This document shows, piece by piece, positions 1-9,712 of a stretch of DNA of 32,000 bases (the stretch's first letter is position 1; every line of letters begins with the position of its first letter). The DNA is from Telmatocola sphagniphila (GTDB taxonomy: Bacteria; Planctomycetota; Planctomycetia; Gemmatales; Gemmataceae). Both the position numbers and the translations under genes were made by a program. The notes below the pieces were generated by a model. That model ran no database searches. It worked only from the letters and a program-made list of their open reading frames with translations, and was not told where the DNA came from. The stretch is taken from NCBI RefSeq assembly GCF_018398935.1, contig NZ_CP074694.1:5880001-5912000 (forward strand), given 5' to 3'.

Positions 1-1059
1 CGATACCTGAACGAAATTTCCCGGATTTGCGTTTCGCCGCGTGACGACGCCATCAATATCCGCGTAGATTTTGCAGTAACTCAGATTGAGTTCCGCATCT
101 TTGAGATCGCTTTTCGCTTTTAACAGATTGGCTTCCGCCTGTTTGATCGCCGGTGCCTCGGGAATCAATTTTTCAAAAACTTTGTCGATGTCTTTATGAA
201 AGTCTTTGCTTCGAACTCTATCCAATACTTCTTCGGGAGTTTCCTCCGACTTTGCCAGCGGCAGGCCCACCTGGGTAGCTACTTGAACTAACTCGGCCAG
301 TGCCTGGCGGACACTCGAGAAAGTCTGCCGCAGATTTTTGGGAACGGAAGTCAAATTACCGTCTGCGGGGATGGGGGGCTGCCCGAGAAAGACGCGAGTT
401 TCGTAGACTTCTTCGCGAGCTTGATTCACCTGAGCCTGGGCCACTTTTTCCGCTTCGATTGCCGCGTCCAAATCCTGCCGGGCAGTGGCCCCTTTGGTGA
501 AGGTCTCTCTCGCACGCACCAGATCGGCCTTGGCGCGGTCCCAGGTGGCTTCCTTACTTCGTAGCGCTGCCACTTTGGCACTCAAGAGAGCCACTTGATT
601 ATCGACTGCTTCCATTGAAGCCTGTAATTTCCAACGCAGGCTTCGAGCTTGCGCCAAAGTTCCGCGTACCTGAGCATCGGCGACAATGAGATTGGCCTGG
701 GCTATGGAGACCAGAGACTTCTTGATGTCGACCTGCACTTGAAAGGGTTCGGGATCCAGTTCGACTAACAGCTGGCCCGCTTTAACGCGCATGTTATCGT
801 CGACAAAAACCGCCTTCACCTGGCCGGCCACCCGCGGAGCGACAAAAGTCACGTGGCCGTTTACGTAGGCGTCATCGGTCGATTGCGTGTTCCAGGTGCG
901 AATCACCCAAGATCGCAGCAAACTCCCGATGAGAGCGATTACAGCTACTAACACCCCCAACAAAATAATCCGACGGCCCACATGCTTCCGAGGGACAGGC
1001 TTGATTAATTGCGCTGGCATTGGATTTGCAGAAGGCTCCGTCGCAGGAGTGCTTTGCAT
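1..1059 (-). CDS. HlyD/EmrA-type efflux membrane-fusion (periplasmic adaptor) protein; its 3' end runs off the window
   Basis: The minus-strand frame is open from the window edge to the ATG at 1057-1059, which is preceded by GAGGA 6 nt upstream. My translation starts MQSTPATEPSANPMPAQLIKPVPRKHVGRRIILLGVLVAVIALIGS (TM anchor), continues ...DDAYVNGHVTFVAPRVAGQVKAVFVDDNMRVKAGQLLVELDP..., and reads ...KAKSDLKDAELNLSYCKIYADIDGVVTRRNANPGNFVQVS at the window edge. These are typical HlyD/EmrA lipoyl and beta-barrel motifs. It is absent from the ORF track because there is no stop in the window. An alternative in-frame ATG at 1095 lacks an RBS. Confidence 0.8.
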   Translation of the reverse strand, partial: MQSTPATEPSANPMPAQLIKPVPRKHVGRRIILLGVLVAVIALIGSLLRSWVIRTWNTQSTDDAYVNGHVTFVAPRVAGQVKAVFVDDNMRVKAGQLLVELDPEPFQVQVDIKKSLVSIAQANLIVADAQVRGTLAQARSLRWKLQASMEAVDNQVALLSAKVAALRSKEATWDRAKADLVRARETFTKGATARQDLDAAIEAEKVAQAQVNQAREEVYETRVFLGQPPIPADGNLTSVPKNLRQTFSSVRQALAELVQVATQVGLPLAKSEETPEEVLDRVRSKDFHKDIDKVFEKLIPEAPAIKQAEANLLKAKSDLKDAELNLSYCKIYADIDGVVTRRNANPGNFVQVS

Positions 1060-1547
1060 GAGGATTCCTCGAGCTCTAGGACTATCCGAACTCATTTACG
1101 ACATTATTTGTTGATGAATACAGTACAAGTCGCTCTCTCTTTCAATGGACCGGAGAGTCCGGTAAAACAACGCCGAGCGGCCCTCCGCAAATCCCTCTCG
1201 GGACAGGGAAGTTAATACTAAAAGCGTGATGGGAGGTCTTGAAGTTTTCTTAGAGGATGTCAGTAAGCCATTCTTCTGGAACGATCTGACTCTCAGGTTC
1301 TTAGTACCAGAATGTTAAGTCGGAGGGAAATGCTCGGACGCGGTTTAAAGTGTTCGAAAGCAGCAAATTCGGCTATTTTTGCTTAGGATCTTGTGTCGAA
1401 CAAGAACGGAATTCGGTGGGGACTTGTGTCTTGCAATAACAGATAATAAAATTATTATTTGCAGGAATTTGTTCAGCAAAAGCGATTTTATTATAGCTTT
1501 TTTCACCTTGAGAAGCTTCTCTATACACGCGTTCCGTTACGTTTAGA

Positions 1548-3401
1548 CCTCAAACAAGCGAAGTTTTTGATGCCAATTCCGTGGGGAGTTTTAGCGAGAT
1601 AGTTCGATGAGTCCCCCACGCCGGAGCTTTTCGCTCGGCCGAACGCATACTTCTATTTTTCAAACATTCTTCCTTTCCGCGAATAGCTCTCGGCGTTTTA
1701 TCGGATCGGGACATCCGGATCCCGACTTCAGTCGGTCGAACGATCAGCACCTCAGTGCTTTCAGTAGTCGGAAGAAGATTGGCAAGTGCGGGTTCCAGCC
1801 GAGCAATCGATAGACGATGCGGCCGGCCTTCCGGACGATCTGACAAGGCAGAAGCATGAAAGCATTGAGGAAGGTTTTGAATTCCATTTTCAAAACCGAC
1901 TGCTTCTGGTCCCGATGCTTTTCCCGCCAGCGACCAGGAGTTTCCGGCAACGTCAAGGCCCACCAGGCTTTCAAGTTCCAGGCCAGGGAGGCCATCACCA
2001 TGTACGCCCAATTGCTTTCCAGATCGTGCAGCGGCGCGTGCAAGGCCCGGCAACCGCCCTTGAGCTGCGCTATCAGATTTTCCTGATTGCAGCGATCGTT
2101 GGCTTCGTAGACGACTTCGGCGGCCGTGCACTCCCGGTCGTTGGTGATGTAGAAGAAATAGCGTTCGTCCGGATACAGAACGGATTCGCCTTTTTCCACG
2201 GAAAGATTCTTGCGAATCACCACCAGGCGATACGCCCTTCGGCAAGCGGTCGGTTGGTACTCGAACTCGGCCACCGCTTCGGAGATCAACTTCACATTTA
2301 CGAATTCCCGCTCTTGGACGATCCGCTCCTTGGTGTTTTCCCGTCGGTGTCGCAACTTCGCTTTCGCCGAGTATTGCGCGGGACGCTCGAGCTTGTGCCA
2401 AGCCGCTTCCGGCAGTTTTTCCGCGATTGCTTCGAGGTTTTGCTTCGAATCGTAGCCGAAATAAAAGCGTACCTTGGCGTTGGCATCCCAGCCGTCGAGG
2501 CGAGTGGTCTGCGAGAAATCGGTGTCGCCGCGAAAGACGATCCTGCGAAAGCCCGCTTGAAGGCACAGCAAAAGAGCCCGGTCGAGTTCGACCGCGGCCC
2601 CTTCGTGCGAAGGGCGATTGCCGGGACGGTTGACGATGCTCAGCGTCTCACCGGTGTTGGCCAGGGTCACCGCCAGGGGGTGGTAACACCAGTCTCTGTT
2701 ATAGTTGATGTCCATCCCCGCTTTACGCTCGCCACGCGTTTGGGTAAAGCTGCCGTCGGCGTCGATCTTCGCGCATTCCCAAAAGGAATCGGGTTGCTTC
2801 GACCAGACGCGTAAACGGGTCTGGTTGAAAGCGTCGATCAAAGCCTGGATGCTGCCACTATCGAAGCGTCGACAAAAGTCGCCCGAAGTAGTCGGGTCGG
2901 GAAAACGCTGAGTGCCCAAGGCGTTGAGAAAGTTTTCGTCCGTGCGACGCAGTTCCATGTCTTGCAGGCAGGTACCCCCGCAAAGGGAATTGTAAGCGAT
3001 GGCCAACACGTGGTCCGATTCCGAGTAAGGCCTTTGAAATTGGAGCAGATGCAGCTTCTCGTCGATGTCGTCGATCAGTCCGATACGCCGGGCCAGAAGG
3101 TGCATGGCCCCGAGGCCTCCGCAACTGATCGCCCCCACGCGTTCGGAGACTTCGTAATGAATGTTGGAGGCGTCGAAAGAAGGAGCGAAGGTCATCGCGG
3201 CCTCTCGCTTAGCCAGGCGACGTTCGATTCGACTCTTGCATTTTTGAAACCAACGTCCGAAAATAACATTCACTCGAAACTCCTTTTTGCGACTGTCGAT
3301 TTGTTAAGCGGTTACTTACACAAACCGCAGAAAACAAAAAGGATTTCGAGCTTTCTTCGATAAATCGAAACAATTCCCCAAAAAACTACGCTGTTTTAAG
3401 G
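1548..3401 (-). mobile_element. IS1380-family insertion sequence, apparently complete (1854 bp)
   Basis: It has imperfect terminal inverted repeats starting with CC. The left end at 1548 reads CCTCAAACAAGCGAAGTTTTTG; the reverse complement of the right end at 3401 reads CCTTAAAACAGCGTAGTTTTTTG. It is flanked by a perfect direct repeat TTTAGA (1542-1547 and 3402-3407) and contains a single IS1380-type transposase ORF. Confidence 0.7.
1744..3273 (-). CDS. IS1380-family DDE transposase (509 aa)
   Basis: This is a 509-aa ORF with a GTG start preceded by AAGGAG 6 nt upstream. Family-typical blocks are present: N-terminal SCGGLGAMHLLARRIGL, IDADGSFTQTRGERKAGMDINY..YHPL, RGDTDF, and C-terminal YEANDRCNQENLIAQLK...WAYMVMASLAWNLKAW. 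The long ORFs on the opposite strand are shadow ORFs. Confidence 0.85.
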   Translation of the reverse strand: MNVIFGRWFQKCKSRIERRLAKREAAMTFAPSFDASNIHYEVSERVGAISCGGLGAMHLLARRIGLIDDIDEKLHLLQFQRPYSESDHVLAIAYNSLCGGTCLQDMELRRTDENFLNALGTQRFPDPTTSGDFCRRFDSGSIQALIDAFNQTRLRVWSKQPDSFWECAKIDADGSFTQTRGERKAGMDINYNRDWCYHPLAVTLANTGETLSIVNRPGNRPSHEGAAVELDRALLLCLQAGFRRIVFRGDTDFSQTTRLDGWDANAKVRFYFGYDSKQNLEAIAEKLPEAAWHKLERPAQYSAKAKLRHRRENTKERIVQEREFVNVKLISEAVAEFEYQPTACRRAYRLVVIRKNLSVEKGESVLYPDERYFFYITNDRECTAAEVVYEANDRCNQENLIAQLKGGCRALHAPLHDLESNWAYMVMASLAWNLKAWWALTLPETPGRWREKHRDQKQSVLKMEFKTFLNAFMLLPCQIVRKAGRIVYRLLGWNPHLPIFFRLLKALRC

Positions 3402-3471
3402 TTTAGATCTGTTAAAAAAGAGCCCATTAATAATCATCTTGTAAGGCATATTACTGTCGTGGGGAAACACA

Positions 3472-4086
3472 ATGGCGGAAGGACAAACCACGGTCGTTGT
3501 GCAGGGTTATTTGGACCAGTTGGCGGGCGATTCGCCTCCCGAGCTGATCGTTAAGGCATTGCTCGACCGGGCGGTTCGTCGATTGCATCAATTGTGTAAC
3601 AGGCTGCTTTATAAGAGCTATCCGCGCTTAACTCGTCCCCCGTTGAATCTGCAAGCCGAAGAGATGCTCAGTGCCGTAGTGGAACGACTGCTAAAAGCCC
3701 TTCGTGAAGCACGGCCCACCACTGTGCGGCAGTTTTTTGCGTTGGCGAGCCAGCACATGCGTTGGGAGCTCAATGATCTGGCCCGACGCTTAGATAAGTC
3801 GCCGGCTTCTTTGGAGTTGCACGATGCTCTTTTGAATGCTCCGGCTAGTAGCGATTCCGGTTTATCTCCGGAAGGTCGAAAGATATTCGAGGCGATCGAT
3901 AGTCTACCGGAGGCCGAGCGAGAGGCCTTCGATCTGGTCCGAATTCAGGGAATGACCCAAGTGGAAGCTGCGGAATTGCTCGGTATATCGACCGTAACTC
4001 TGAAGAGGCGGTTGAAGCGCGGAGTGGAACTCTTGACCTCAAAATTAGGAGATCTGGGACCGAGTCGCGAGAATTCGGATTCTTGA
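3472..4086 (+). CDS. ECF-type RNA polymerase sigma factor (kinase-associated planctomycete type)
   Basis: This is a 204-aa ORF. It has a region-2-like segment (LLYKSYPRLTRPP...MLSAVVERLLKAL) and a region-4 HTH (LPEAEREAFDLVRIQGMTQVEAAELLGISTVTLKRRLKRGVELL). It sits directly upstream of a Ser/Thr kinase gene. Confidence 0.8.
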   Translation: MAEGQTTVVVQGYLDQLAGDSPPELIVKALLDRAVRRLHQLCNRLLYKSYPRLTRPPLNLQAEEMLSAVVERLLKALREARPTTVRQFFALASQHMRWELNDLARRLDKSPASLELHDALLNAPASSDSGLSPEGRKIFEAIDSLPEAEREAFDLVRIQGMTQVEAAELLGISTVTLKRRLKRGVELLTSKLGDLGPSRENSDS

Positions 4087-4139
4087 CGGGAATCGATGCG
4101 CTGGAACGTACAGCTAAGCTATTTTCTTGGAATTTTGCC

Positions 4140-6932
4140 ATGTCAGATGATACTCGGATGCAGCAACTGCTCGATCAGCTGTATGACTCTAATTTGACGC
4201 CCGAAGAAGTTTGCAAAACATGTCCTGAACTATTACCGGAAGTCCGCAAACGCTGGCTGCAATTCTGCTCTGTCCAGGCAGAACTCGATGAATGGTTTCC
4301 TCTTTCAGATGATAAGAGTGGAGACTCTTCAAGTTCGCATATAGACACGACCTTGCCTCAAGTACCCGATTATGAGATCGAATCGATTCTCGGTCAGGGC
4401 GGTATGGGGATTGTTTTTCTTGCCCGGGATCTGCGCCTGAAACGGCGAGTGGCATTGAAGATGGCCGGGAGATTCGCCGGCCCTCGAGAGCGGGAACGGT
4501 TTCAGCGCGAAGCCGAAGCGATCGCATCGCTCGTCCATTCGAATATCGTGCAAATTTACGACGTGGGAGTCATCGATGGCCGGCTTTATTTCACTATGGA
4601 ACATGTCGAGGGGGGAAGCCTTTGCCGGAAGCTTGCAGGGACGCCCCTTCCCGCTCGGGAAGCGGCCGAGCTCATTTCAACGCTCGCTGATGCGATGCAG
4701 CTGGCCCATCAAAGCGGAATCGTCCATCGCGATCTGAAACCCTCGAACATTCTCCTCACTGCGGAGGGCACACCCAAAATTAGTGACTTTGGCCTCGTCT
4801 TGCGACTCGACGGCCCCGCAGGTCTCACTCGTACGGGAACCGCGGTCGGTACGCCTAGCTACATGGCTCCCGAACAGGCATCCTCCCAAGCGCTCGCTGT
4901 CGGACCGGCTGCTGACATCTATGCGCTGGGAGCCATTCTTTATGAAATGTTAACGGGTCGACCTCCCTTCCTGGCGGAGACCGCGGCCGAGACAGTACTA
5001 CAAGTTCTCATGCAAGAGCCGGTTCCTCCGTCCCGCCTCAACGCGACAGTGCCGCGTGATCTGGAGACCATTTGTCTGAAGTGCCTTAACAAAGAAACAC
5101 GCTTTCGCTACTCCAGTGCGGCGGAATTGGCAAAGGATCTCCGTCGTTATCTCAACGGCCAGTCCATCTTAGCTCGGCCGGAGAGCTGGTTGATGAAATG
5201 CGTGCGTCGAATTCGTCGTCGCCCGGGATTTTATGCCCTAATTGCACTCATCTTATTTTTGTCTTTAGCTCTGCTTAGCGGTGGGGTACTCCGGTTGTCG
5301 GAACGGGCGGCCATTGCGCGCGGCGTCGCGGCCCGGGAGCGTGCCGCCGATGAAGATCTGAGCGAAATGGAGAATCTATTAAGAAAATCATCCTGGATCC
5401 CAGCGACGGCCGCCTGGGAACGTGCCAGAGGTCGGTTAGGAGAACGGGGAAGCGAACAGCTTCACCTTCGATTGGATCAAGGGAAACGCGATTTGCATCT
5501 GGCCGAGGAACTTATTCAAATCCGACTGAAAAGTACGATCACTTTCGAGGGAATCTTTCAGGAACTTGAAACGGTCTTTGTGGAAGCCGGGATCGGTCGA
5601 GTTGGCGATGATTTGGAAATCTGCGCCGAGCGGATTGAGAAATCGCACATCCGCCAGGCTTTGATCAACGCTCTCGATTTTTGGGCCTGCTACTCGAAAA
5701 ATGCCTCTGAAAGGGATTGGCTACTCAGCCTTACGAGAAAAGTGGATCCGGATCCGAACGGCTGGCGCGATCGATTCCGCGATCCCGCCCTCAGGCGAAG
5801 CAAGGAAGCTCTAACTGCTTTGGCCGATTCAATCGATGTGGAAAACACTCCCGTCGAGTTTTTAGTTTCTCTCGGTGAACTCTTACGGCGTCTTGGAGGT
5901 AATGCAATTCCATTCCTCAAGAAAGTTCAATGCAACTATCCCCAGGATTTATGGGTCAACCTATTTCTCGGCGCAAAAAACGATCATCCGGAAGAATCCA
6001 TCCGATTTAATCAGGTAGCCGTAGCGATAGCGCCTGAAAATCCCATCCTGAACTATAATCTCGGTTACTCATTTATTTGGGCTCAGAATCCCAAAGAAGC
6101 TTTATTCTATTTCACGAAGGCGTTGCGACTCGAGCCCAACAATAACGTGTATCGAGCCGGTCTTGCGGAATGCTTTTTTTCGCTTAACCAAAATCATGAA
6201 GCACTCGAACTCATCCAGGAAGGTCTCTCGAAGCGACACAGCCGGTTTGAGTTCGGAGTACTACAAAATGTTTTAAGGTGTATTTTGTGTCGGCAGCAAC
6301 GCTGGGATGAAGCAAGAATAGCCTGGGAGAAAGCGCTCGATAATCTCCAGCCGGAACATCTATATTGGTACGGCTACGCGGAATTATGCCTGTATCTGGG
6401 TCTGGAAGACAAGTATCTTCGGGCTCGACAGGACTTGTTAGAGAAATTTAGCACGAGCGAAGACCCTTATATCGCGGAGCGCGTCAGCCGAGCATGTTTG
6501 CTCTTGCCCCTAACCGGCGAAGAACTTCAAAAGTCGCTAGATCTCGCTCGTCGTGCTGCCGGTGTTTACAAAAAAGATCACTTAGGGGCCTATCCCTATT
6601 TTCAATTCGTTTTGGGGTTAGCGGAATTCCGTCAAGGGAACTTTGAACAAGCGATCTCGATCCTGCGCGGGGAGGCTTCGAAGATGACCGGACCAGCGCC
6701 TCGTTTGGTCCTGGCCATGGCCCTGAAAAAAACTGGTCAGGAAGCAGAAGCAAAAAAAATACTCAAGATGGCCGTAGAGAGTTACGACTGGAATCCTGTG
6801 AAAGTTACAGATCAGGATGGAATGATCCGTCAGATTCTTCGCCGAGAAGCGGAAAGCCTGATTCTGCAAGCGCTTCCTGAGAAGCATAAGGCCAACGGAT
6901 CGCCCTCGAACTCGATAGAGAAAAACGACTGA
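4140..6932 (+). CDS. Membrane Ser/Thr protein kinase with a C-terminal TPR-like repeat region
   Basis: Hanks kinase motifs are present: GQGGMGIVF, VALKM, HRDLKPSNILL, DFG and SYMAPE. One TM helix follows (FYALIALILFLSLALLSGGVL), then about 540 aa of helical repeat sequence. The ORF track starts at TTG 4083, overlapping the sigma stop. I prefer ATG 4140 (MSDDTRMQQLLDQLYDSNLTPEEVCKTCPELLPEVRKRW), which matches the usual N-terminus of planctomycete kinases. Confidence 0.85.
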   Translation: MSDDTRMQQLLDQLYDSNLTPEEVCKTCPELLPEVRKRWLQFCSVQAELDEWFPLSDDKSGDSSSSHIDTTLPQVPDYEIESILGQGGMGIVFLARDLRLKRRVALKMAGRFAGPRERERFQREAEAIASLVHSNIVQIYDVGVIDGRLYFTMEHVEGGSLCRKLAGTPLPAREAAELISTLADAMQLAHQSGIVHRDLKPSNILLTAEGTPKISDFGLVLRLDGPAGLTRTGTAVGTPSYMAPEQASSQALAVGPAADIYALGAILYEMLTGRPPFLAETAAETVLQVLMQEPVPPSRLNATVPRDLETICLKCLNKETRFRYSSAAELAKDLRRYLNGQSILARPESWLMKCVRRIRRRPGFYALIALILFLSLALLSGGVLRLSERAAIARGVAARERAADEDLSEMENLLRKSSWIPATAAWERARGRLGERGSEQLHLRLDQGKRDLHLAEELIQIRLKSTITFEGIFQELETVFVEAGIGRVGDDLEICAERIEKSHIRQALINALDFWACYSKNASERDWLLSLTRKVDPDPNGWRDRFRDPALRRSKEALTALADSIDVENTPVEFLVSLGELLRRLGGNAIPFLKKVQCNYPQDLWVNLFLGAKNDHPEESIRFNQVAVAIAPENPILNYNLGYSFIWAQNPKEALFYFTKALRLEPNNNVYRAGLAECFFSLNQNHEALELIQEGLSKRHSRFEFGVLQNVLRCILCRQQRWDEARIAWEKALDNLQPEHLYWYGYAELCLYLGLEDKYLRARQDLLEKFSTSEDPYIAERVSRACLLLPLTGEELQKSLDLARRAAGVYKKDHLGAYPYFQFVLGLAEFRQGNFEQAISILRGEASKMTGPAPRLVLAMALKKTGQEAEAKKILKMAVESYDWNPVKVTDQDGMIRQILRREAESLILQALPEKHKANGSPSNSIEKND

Positions 6933-7103
6933 ATTCCGAGGTTCCCAGAGTTCTAGTCGACTCGCCTTCAGTCAATTCTTATTGAAGTTTTTACCGAGTT
7001 TTCACGGCTCCTAATCCACTTTTCCCGAGTGATGATCCTACCTCACGCTTAGTAAGGGCAGAAGGACATCAAAGTACATCAGTCAATTATTCAGGAGTCT
7101 ACC

Positions 7104-7580
7104 GTGATCAACCGAACTCACCCAATTGCATCCGACCAGATCAAGCTGCGAGAAGCCGCTTGGTCTTATCCGGAGAAGACGATTCTTTACACGGCCAAGG
7201 TACACACCACCGGAGGCCGAACTGGCACTTCCCGAAGTTCGGATGGTCGATTGGACATCAAGCACTCGACGCCTGGTCCCGTGGGTACGGGTACCAATCC
7301 GGAGCAGCTTTTCGCAGCGGGTTGGTCGGCCTGCTTTGAAGGTGCGATGGGGATAGCCGCACGAACGATGAAGATCGATTTGCCAGCGGATATGGCAATC
7401 GATGCGGAAGTGGACTTGTGCAGAAATGAAGAGGGTTACTTTCTACAGGCTCGCCTCAATGTCAGCCTGCCGGGTTTAGATCGCAAGATCGCGCAAACCC
7501 TAGTCGATGCCGGGCACCAGACCTGTCCCTACTCGAAAGCTGTCCGAGGCAATGTCGAGGTCACCATAGCGCTCGTTTAA
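7104..7580 (+). CDS. ohr: Organic hydroperoxide resistance protein (OsmC/Ohr family)
   Basis: The GTG start has AGGAG at 7093-7097. Ohr signatures are present: LYTAKVHTTGGRTG, NPEQLFAAGWSACFEGA (first catalytic Cys) and HQTCPYSKAVRGNV (second Cys). Confidence 0.85.
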   Translation: MINRTHPIASDQIKLREAAWSYPEKTILYTAKVHTTGGRTGTSRSSDGRLDIKHSTPGPVGTGTNPEQLFAAGWSACFEGAMGIAARTMKIDLPADMAIDAEVDLCRNEEGYFLQARLNVSLPGLDRKIAQTLVDAGHQTCPYSKAVRGNVEVTIALV

Positions 7581-7865
7581 ATCGGACTTATTAGATAGCC
7601 TCTCGCAGGGAAGTCGAGAGGTCGCCATTTTGGTCAGCAAGCAAATACCGCGAAAATCGAATAGAGGAATCGTCGCCGTTCGCGAATTTCTTGACTCTTT
7701 TCTTCAAAAGGCAATGATCGTGAACGAAATTTTTTTAGGTGTAACTTCACTCTATTCAAATCGCCGCGTGGCCTGGACTTGATCGAGGCGACGCCATCGA
7801 ATCGACTTTATCAACCGCAAAACTCAAACAAACAACATTCATTAACGAACGCAGGAGATTTTCTC

Positions 7866-8474
7866 ATGTCAGATTATCGGAAACATCGCAGTCGTAGATT
7901 TATCGCTCTTACCGCTATCCTTTTGGCATCAACCCCAATTGCCTTACTGGGAAATCTTCAATCCAGTCGGGTCGATCTGGCGGCAGCACCGAAGGCCGAT
8001 CCGCAGCCGACTGGTACGAATTCCAAGTCAGTTGATTGGGAGCGCGTTGGGGATACCAGTTCGCCGATCTTCGGAATTAAAATTCCGGAGGGCTATCGCC
8101 AGTGGGAATTGATTTCCGTTGCCTCCAATCCCCAAAAGGATGAACTCAAGAGCATATTCGGGGACAAATTAGCGATGAAGGCTTATCGGGACGGAACGCT
8201 TCCTTTCCCGGACGGATCAACGCTGGTCAAGCTGACCTGGAAACGGGAACCGCTCGACGGATTTGAAGGGGCGTTCGTTCCTGGTTCCACCACGATGGTA
8301 CAGGTCATGGTAAAAGATGCCAAGAAATTCGCGACAACGGGCGGTTGGGGATTCGGTCGCTTCATTGATGGGAAACCCGCGGATGAAGCGCAACACAAAT
8401 CCTGTTTCGGATGTCACTCCAAGAATTCCAGCGTCAGGGAACACGATTTTGTTTTCACTCACCTCGCACCCTGA
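7866..8474 (+). CDS. Secreted cytochrome P460-family haem protein
   Basis: ATG 7866 has AGGAG at 7853-7857; the ORF-track TTG 7779 start is less likely. It has a signal or anchor peptide (RRFIALTAILLASTPIALLG). A GGWGFGRF block and a C-terminal CFGCH haem-binding motif followed by DFVFTHLAP match my memory of the P460 family. Confidence 0.65.
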   Translation: MSDYRKHRSRRFIALTAILLASTPIALLGNLQSSRVDLAAAPKADPQPTGTNSKSVDWERVGDTSSPIFGIKIPEGYRQWELISVASNPQKDELKSIFGDKLAMKAYRDGTLPFPDGSTLVKLTWKREPLDGFEGAFVPGSTTMVQVMVKDAKKFATTGGWGFGRFIDGKPADEAQHKSCFGCHSKNSSVREHDFVFTHLAP

Positions 8475-8701
8475 GGCGGTTCCCATTCGCAAATGCATTT
8501 ACTGCGGATGCTTCAGGATAAGCGGAAACCAAAAATGGGATGGATGAATTCTTCTCCACAAACAAATTCTGCGCCGCTGAAAGGTCATTCATGAGTACAA
8601 CAAATTTAATCCGCAATGAACAAGTCAGCGGATTGAAGCCAAAATAGGAAGACTTCACTCCGGACCCTCAATTCATTCGGAGATTGAGAAAAGGGAACGC
8701 T

Positions 8702-9709
8702 ATGGATTACAAAGCTTGGGTAGCCAAATCGGCGAAACAACCGCTGGTATTGGAAACGATTGATCTCGGACCACTGGGAGCCGAGGAAGTTGAAGTGGTC
8801 GTGGAATATTGCGGTTTGTGTCACTCAGATGTATCGGTGCTGAATAATGAGTGGGGTATTTCTCATTACCCCGCCATCCTTGGTCACGAAGTGGTCGGCC
8901 GCATTACAGCGATTGGTTCGAATGCAAAGGGACTGAGTGTTGGACAGCGCGTAGGCATCGGCTGGAACTCCGAAAGCTGCATGTACTGCAAACAGTGCCT
9001 GTCGGGAAGTCAACACCTTTGCTCGCAGGCCCAGCCTACCATCGTCGGACATCGAGGTGGTTTTGCGAGTCACATTCGTGCGCACTGGGCCTGGACGATT
9101 CCTTTGCCGGAAAAATTGAATTTTGCTGAAGCCGGTCCGCTCTTGTGCGGCGGAATTACCGTCTTCAATCCCCTGGCGATGTATGCGAAACCGACCGACC
9201 GGGTGGGAATCATCGGCATTGGCGGATTAGGTCACCTGGCGGTCAAGTTCGCCGCGGCCTACGGATGCGATGTGACGGCCTTTACTTCGAGTCAAAGCAA
9301 ATTCGAAGAAGCCAAAGGTTTCGGAGCTAATGACGTCCTGTCCAGCAAAGACTCCGTCGCGATCAAAAAGCTCGCCGGTCGCTTCGATCTGCTGATCAGT
9401 ACGGTTAACGTGAAGCTCGATTGGGATGCTATGATTGGCACGCTCGCGCCAAACGGCCGATTACACATCGTCGGAGCCGTCCTCGAGCCGATTCCGGTGA
9501 GTGCATTTTCGCTAATAATGGGGCAGCGAAGTATCTCGGGCTCTCCAACAGGCTCTCCGACGAATATCGAGTCGATGCTCGACTTCGCGGCTCGGCACAA
9601 TGTCCTTCCCCAGACCGAACATTTTCCGATGAGCAAAATCAATGAAGCATTCGCTCGGCTGGAATCCGGTCAGGCTCGTTATCGCATCGTGCTCGATGCG
9701 GATTTCTAA
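8702..9709 (+). CDS. Zn-dependent NAD(P)-dependent alcohol dehydrogenase (YahK / cinnamyl-alcohol-dehydrogenase-like)
   Basis: The sequence MDYKAWVAKSAKQPLVLETIDLGPLGAEEVEVVVEYCGLCHSDVSVLNNEW..GHEVVGRI carries the catalytic Zn motif. The structural Zn cysteines are CMYCKQCLSGSQHLC, and the Rossmann motif is GIIGIGGLGHLAVKFA. ATG 8702 is preferred over TTG 8684. Confidence 0.85.
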   Translation: MDYKAWVAKSAKQPLVLETIDLGPLGAEEVEVVVEYCGLCHSDVSVLNNEWGISHYPAILGHEVVGRITAIGSNAKGLSVGQRVGIGWNSESCMYCKQCLSGSQHLCSQAQPTIVGHRGGFASHIRAHWAWTIPLPEKLNFAEAGPLLCGGITVFNPLAMYAKPTDRVGIIGIGGLGHLAVKFAAAYGCDVTAFTSSQSKFEEAKGFGANDVLSSKDSVAIKKLAGRFDLLISTVNVKLDWDAMIGTLAPNGRLHIVGAVLEPIPVSAFSLIMGQRSISGSPTGSPTNIESMLDFAARHNVLPQTEHFPMSKINEAFARLESGQARYRIVLDADF

Positions 9710-9712
9710 ACG

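Noticed and set aside
1443-1458. An AT-rich palindrome ATAATAA-AA-TTATTAT upstream of the HlyD-type gene, possibly an operator
   Set aside because: It lies about 385 nt from the gene start in very AT-rich DNA, where such palindromes arise easily. No regulator gene is adjacent, so no function can be supported.
1550-2814. Long ORFs (338 aa on the minus strand at 1550-2566, 342 aa on the plus strand at 1786-2814) overlapping the IS1380 transposase gene
   Set aside because: They are out-of-frame or antisense shadows of the 509-aa transposase ORF. Their translations are Arg/Ser/Pro/Gly-rich low-complexity sequence with no recognisable motifs.
4083-4139. A TTG start for the kinase overlapping the sigma stop codon (ORF-track start)
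   Set aside because: The 19 extra residues (MTGIDALERTAKLFSWNFA) are not typical of this kinase family. ATG 4140 gives the N-terminus usual for this kinase family. The TTG start is kept only as an alternative.
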